In this document: positions 31,349 through 32,000 of the stretch, in pieces
Layout of the letters: each line of letters opens with the position of its first letter
Numbering within the stretch: position 1 is the first letter of the stretch
Assembly: GCF_007748075.1 (NCBI RefSeq)
Contig: NZ_CP036280.1
Span: 300,001-332,000, forward strand
Length of the DNA: 32,000 nucleotides
DNA from: Mucisphaera calidilacus
GTDB taxonomy: Bacteria; Planctomycetota; Phycisphaerae; Phycisphaerales; Phycisphaeraceae
Reading direction: 5' to 3'
Position numbers and translations under genes: made by a program
The notes under the pieces: generated by a model
What the model was told of the DNA's origin: nothing
Seen by the model: the letters and a program-made list of their open reading frames with translations, nothing else
The model's database searches: none

Positions 31349-32000
31349 ATGAAACCAACGATGCCGTCAGCCACGCAGAAAGCCGAGACGCCGACAGCGT
31401 TCAACGCGCCTCAGTCAGAGCGCCTCGCACACGATGCGCTCGTCAACGAAGCCCGACGATTCATCGCCGTCGCGCACCGCATCGAACACGACGACGACTA
31501 CGCCAACGAGCAACGATTCCACAACGCCACCTATCGCGTCGATGACACCCACGTCATCGAGTTTACGCGCGAGCGTGGCGACAGTCGATACGCACTCGGC
31601 CGTGAAGGCTTCAACCTCTGGCTGTACGCCTCGGGACAGATCCACGCCAACAAAGGCCTCTTCTCGTACTTCCTCAAACCCTCCGAAGGCGGCGAACCCT
31701 CCGCAGCCTGCTTCCTCGGTCTGCTCGATCAACAGGGCTCAACCGAACAGACCGTCCGCCTGCTCCCGCTCGAGCCCGAAGCCGGCCCACAGGCCCAACA
31801 GTTCGCCGTGCTCGGGCCCGAAGCCGCTTGGTACATCACACGCTTCGCCGGACTCGCCGCCGCTGTCCGCGTGTCACTCTCGGCCGATGAACAGATGCGC
31901 TGGAGCACCGCACTCTGGAACGACGCCGGTGCCGACCGCCAGGTCATCCTGTCGACCTACCTCAACCCCTTCCTCCGCCACGGCATACACCCCAGCTCAG
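31349..32000 (+). CDS. 5' part of a gene running off the window (217 codons seen), function unknown; absent from the supplied ORF track
   Basis: ATG 31349 is preceded by gaggaa. I translated it codon by codon to position 32000 and found no stop, with strong GC3 bias. It reads 'MKPTMPSATQKAETPTAFNAPQSERLAHDALVNEARRFIAVAHRIEHDDDYANEQRFHNATYRVDDTHVIEFTRERGDSRYALGREGFNLWLYASGQIHANKGLFSYFLKP...'. Confidence 0.65.
   Translation, partial: MKPTMPSATQKAETPTAFNAPQSERLAHDALVNEARRFIAVAHRIEHDDDYANEQRFHNATYRVDDTHVIEFTRERGDSRYALGREGFNLWLYASGQIHANKGLFSYFLKPSEGGEPSAACFLGLLDQQGSTEQTVRLLPLEPEAGPQAQQFAVLGPEAAWYITRFAGLAAAVRVSLSADEQMRWSTALWNDAGADRQVILSTYLNPFLRHGIHPSS

Noticed and set aside
1-32000. CRISPR arrays, rRNA genes, large tandem repeats
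   Set aside because: Scanning by eye found no regularly spaced direct repeats and no rRNA-like segments. The only significant repeats are the 41-nt att copies, the IS-end relic and the short codon-level repeat in the acidic tail.

Overview
High-GC bacterial window, probably Planctomycetota. That guess rests on the DUF1559/prepilin-type N-terminus '[25 protein letters not shown]' and is inference only. All calls come from reading the sequence and the ORF track and recognising motifs by eye; no homology search was run.

Layout:
(1) 1-3.1 kb is host signalling: the 3' end of a gene, then a translationally coupled FIST sensor and hybrid histidine kinase on the minus strand.
(2) 3146-11461 is the main finding, an ~8.3 kb filamentous-phage (inovirus-like) prophage. 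It is bounded by a perfect 41-nt direct repeat equal to the 5' part of tRNA-Gly(CCC). On the minus strand it carries an Ff-like gene order: ssDNA-binding-like gene, small ORF, pC194-type HUH Rep, a chain of signal-peptide/TM-anchored coat proteins, pVI-like, Zot/pI ATPase, pIV secretin, tyrosine integrase.
(3) The intact tRNA-Gly(CCC) lies at 11421-11491. It is followed by a second, paralogous integrase and a decayed island: a coiled-coil ORF, a chimeric truncated P-loop ORF, AT-richer spacers and NmrA-like plus MFS cargo genes.
(4) 17262-19906 is an IS3-family (IS407-group-like) element with a GGGAAAG -1 frameshift site. Its transposase is split exactly at the catalytic DNG(T)EF codons by a nested IS110/IS1111-like element. 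The 3' untranslated end of the nested element folds into a bridge/seek-RNA-like internal loop whose two 12-nt strands mirror the two flanks of its own insertion site.
(5) 19.9-32 kb is a host amino-sugar (GlcNAc/chito-oligosaccharide-type) locus: short nagA, nagB, SSS transporter, two GH20-type hexosaminidases, a secreted hydrolase-like protein, two paralogous Cys-less ROK regulators, a DUF1559 pilin-like protein, and an ORF that runs off the window end and is missing from the supplied track.

No CRISPR array or rRNA was seen.
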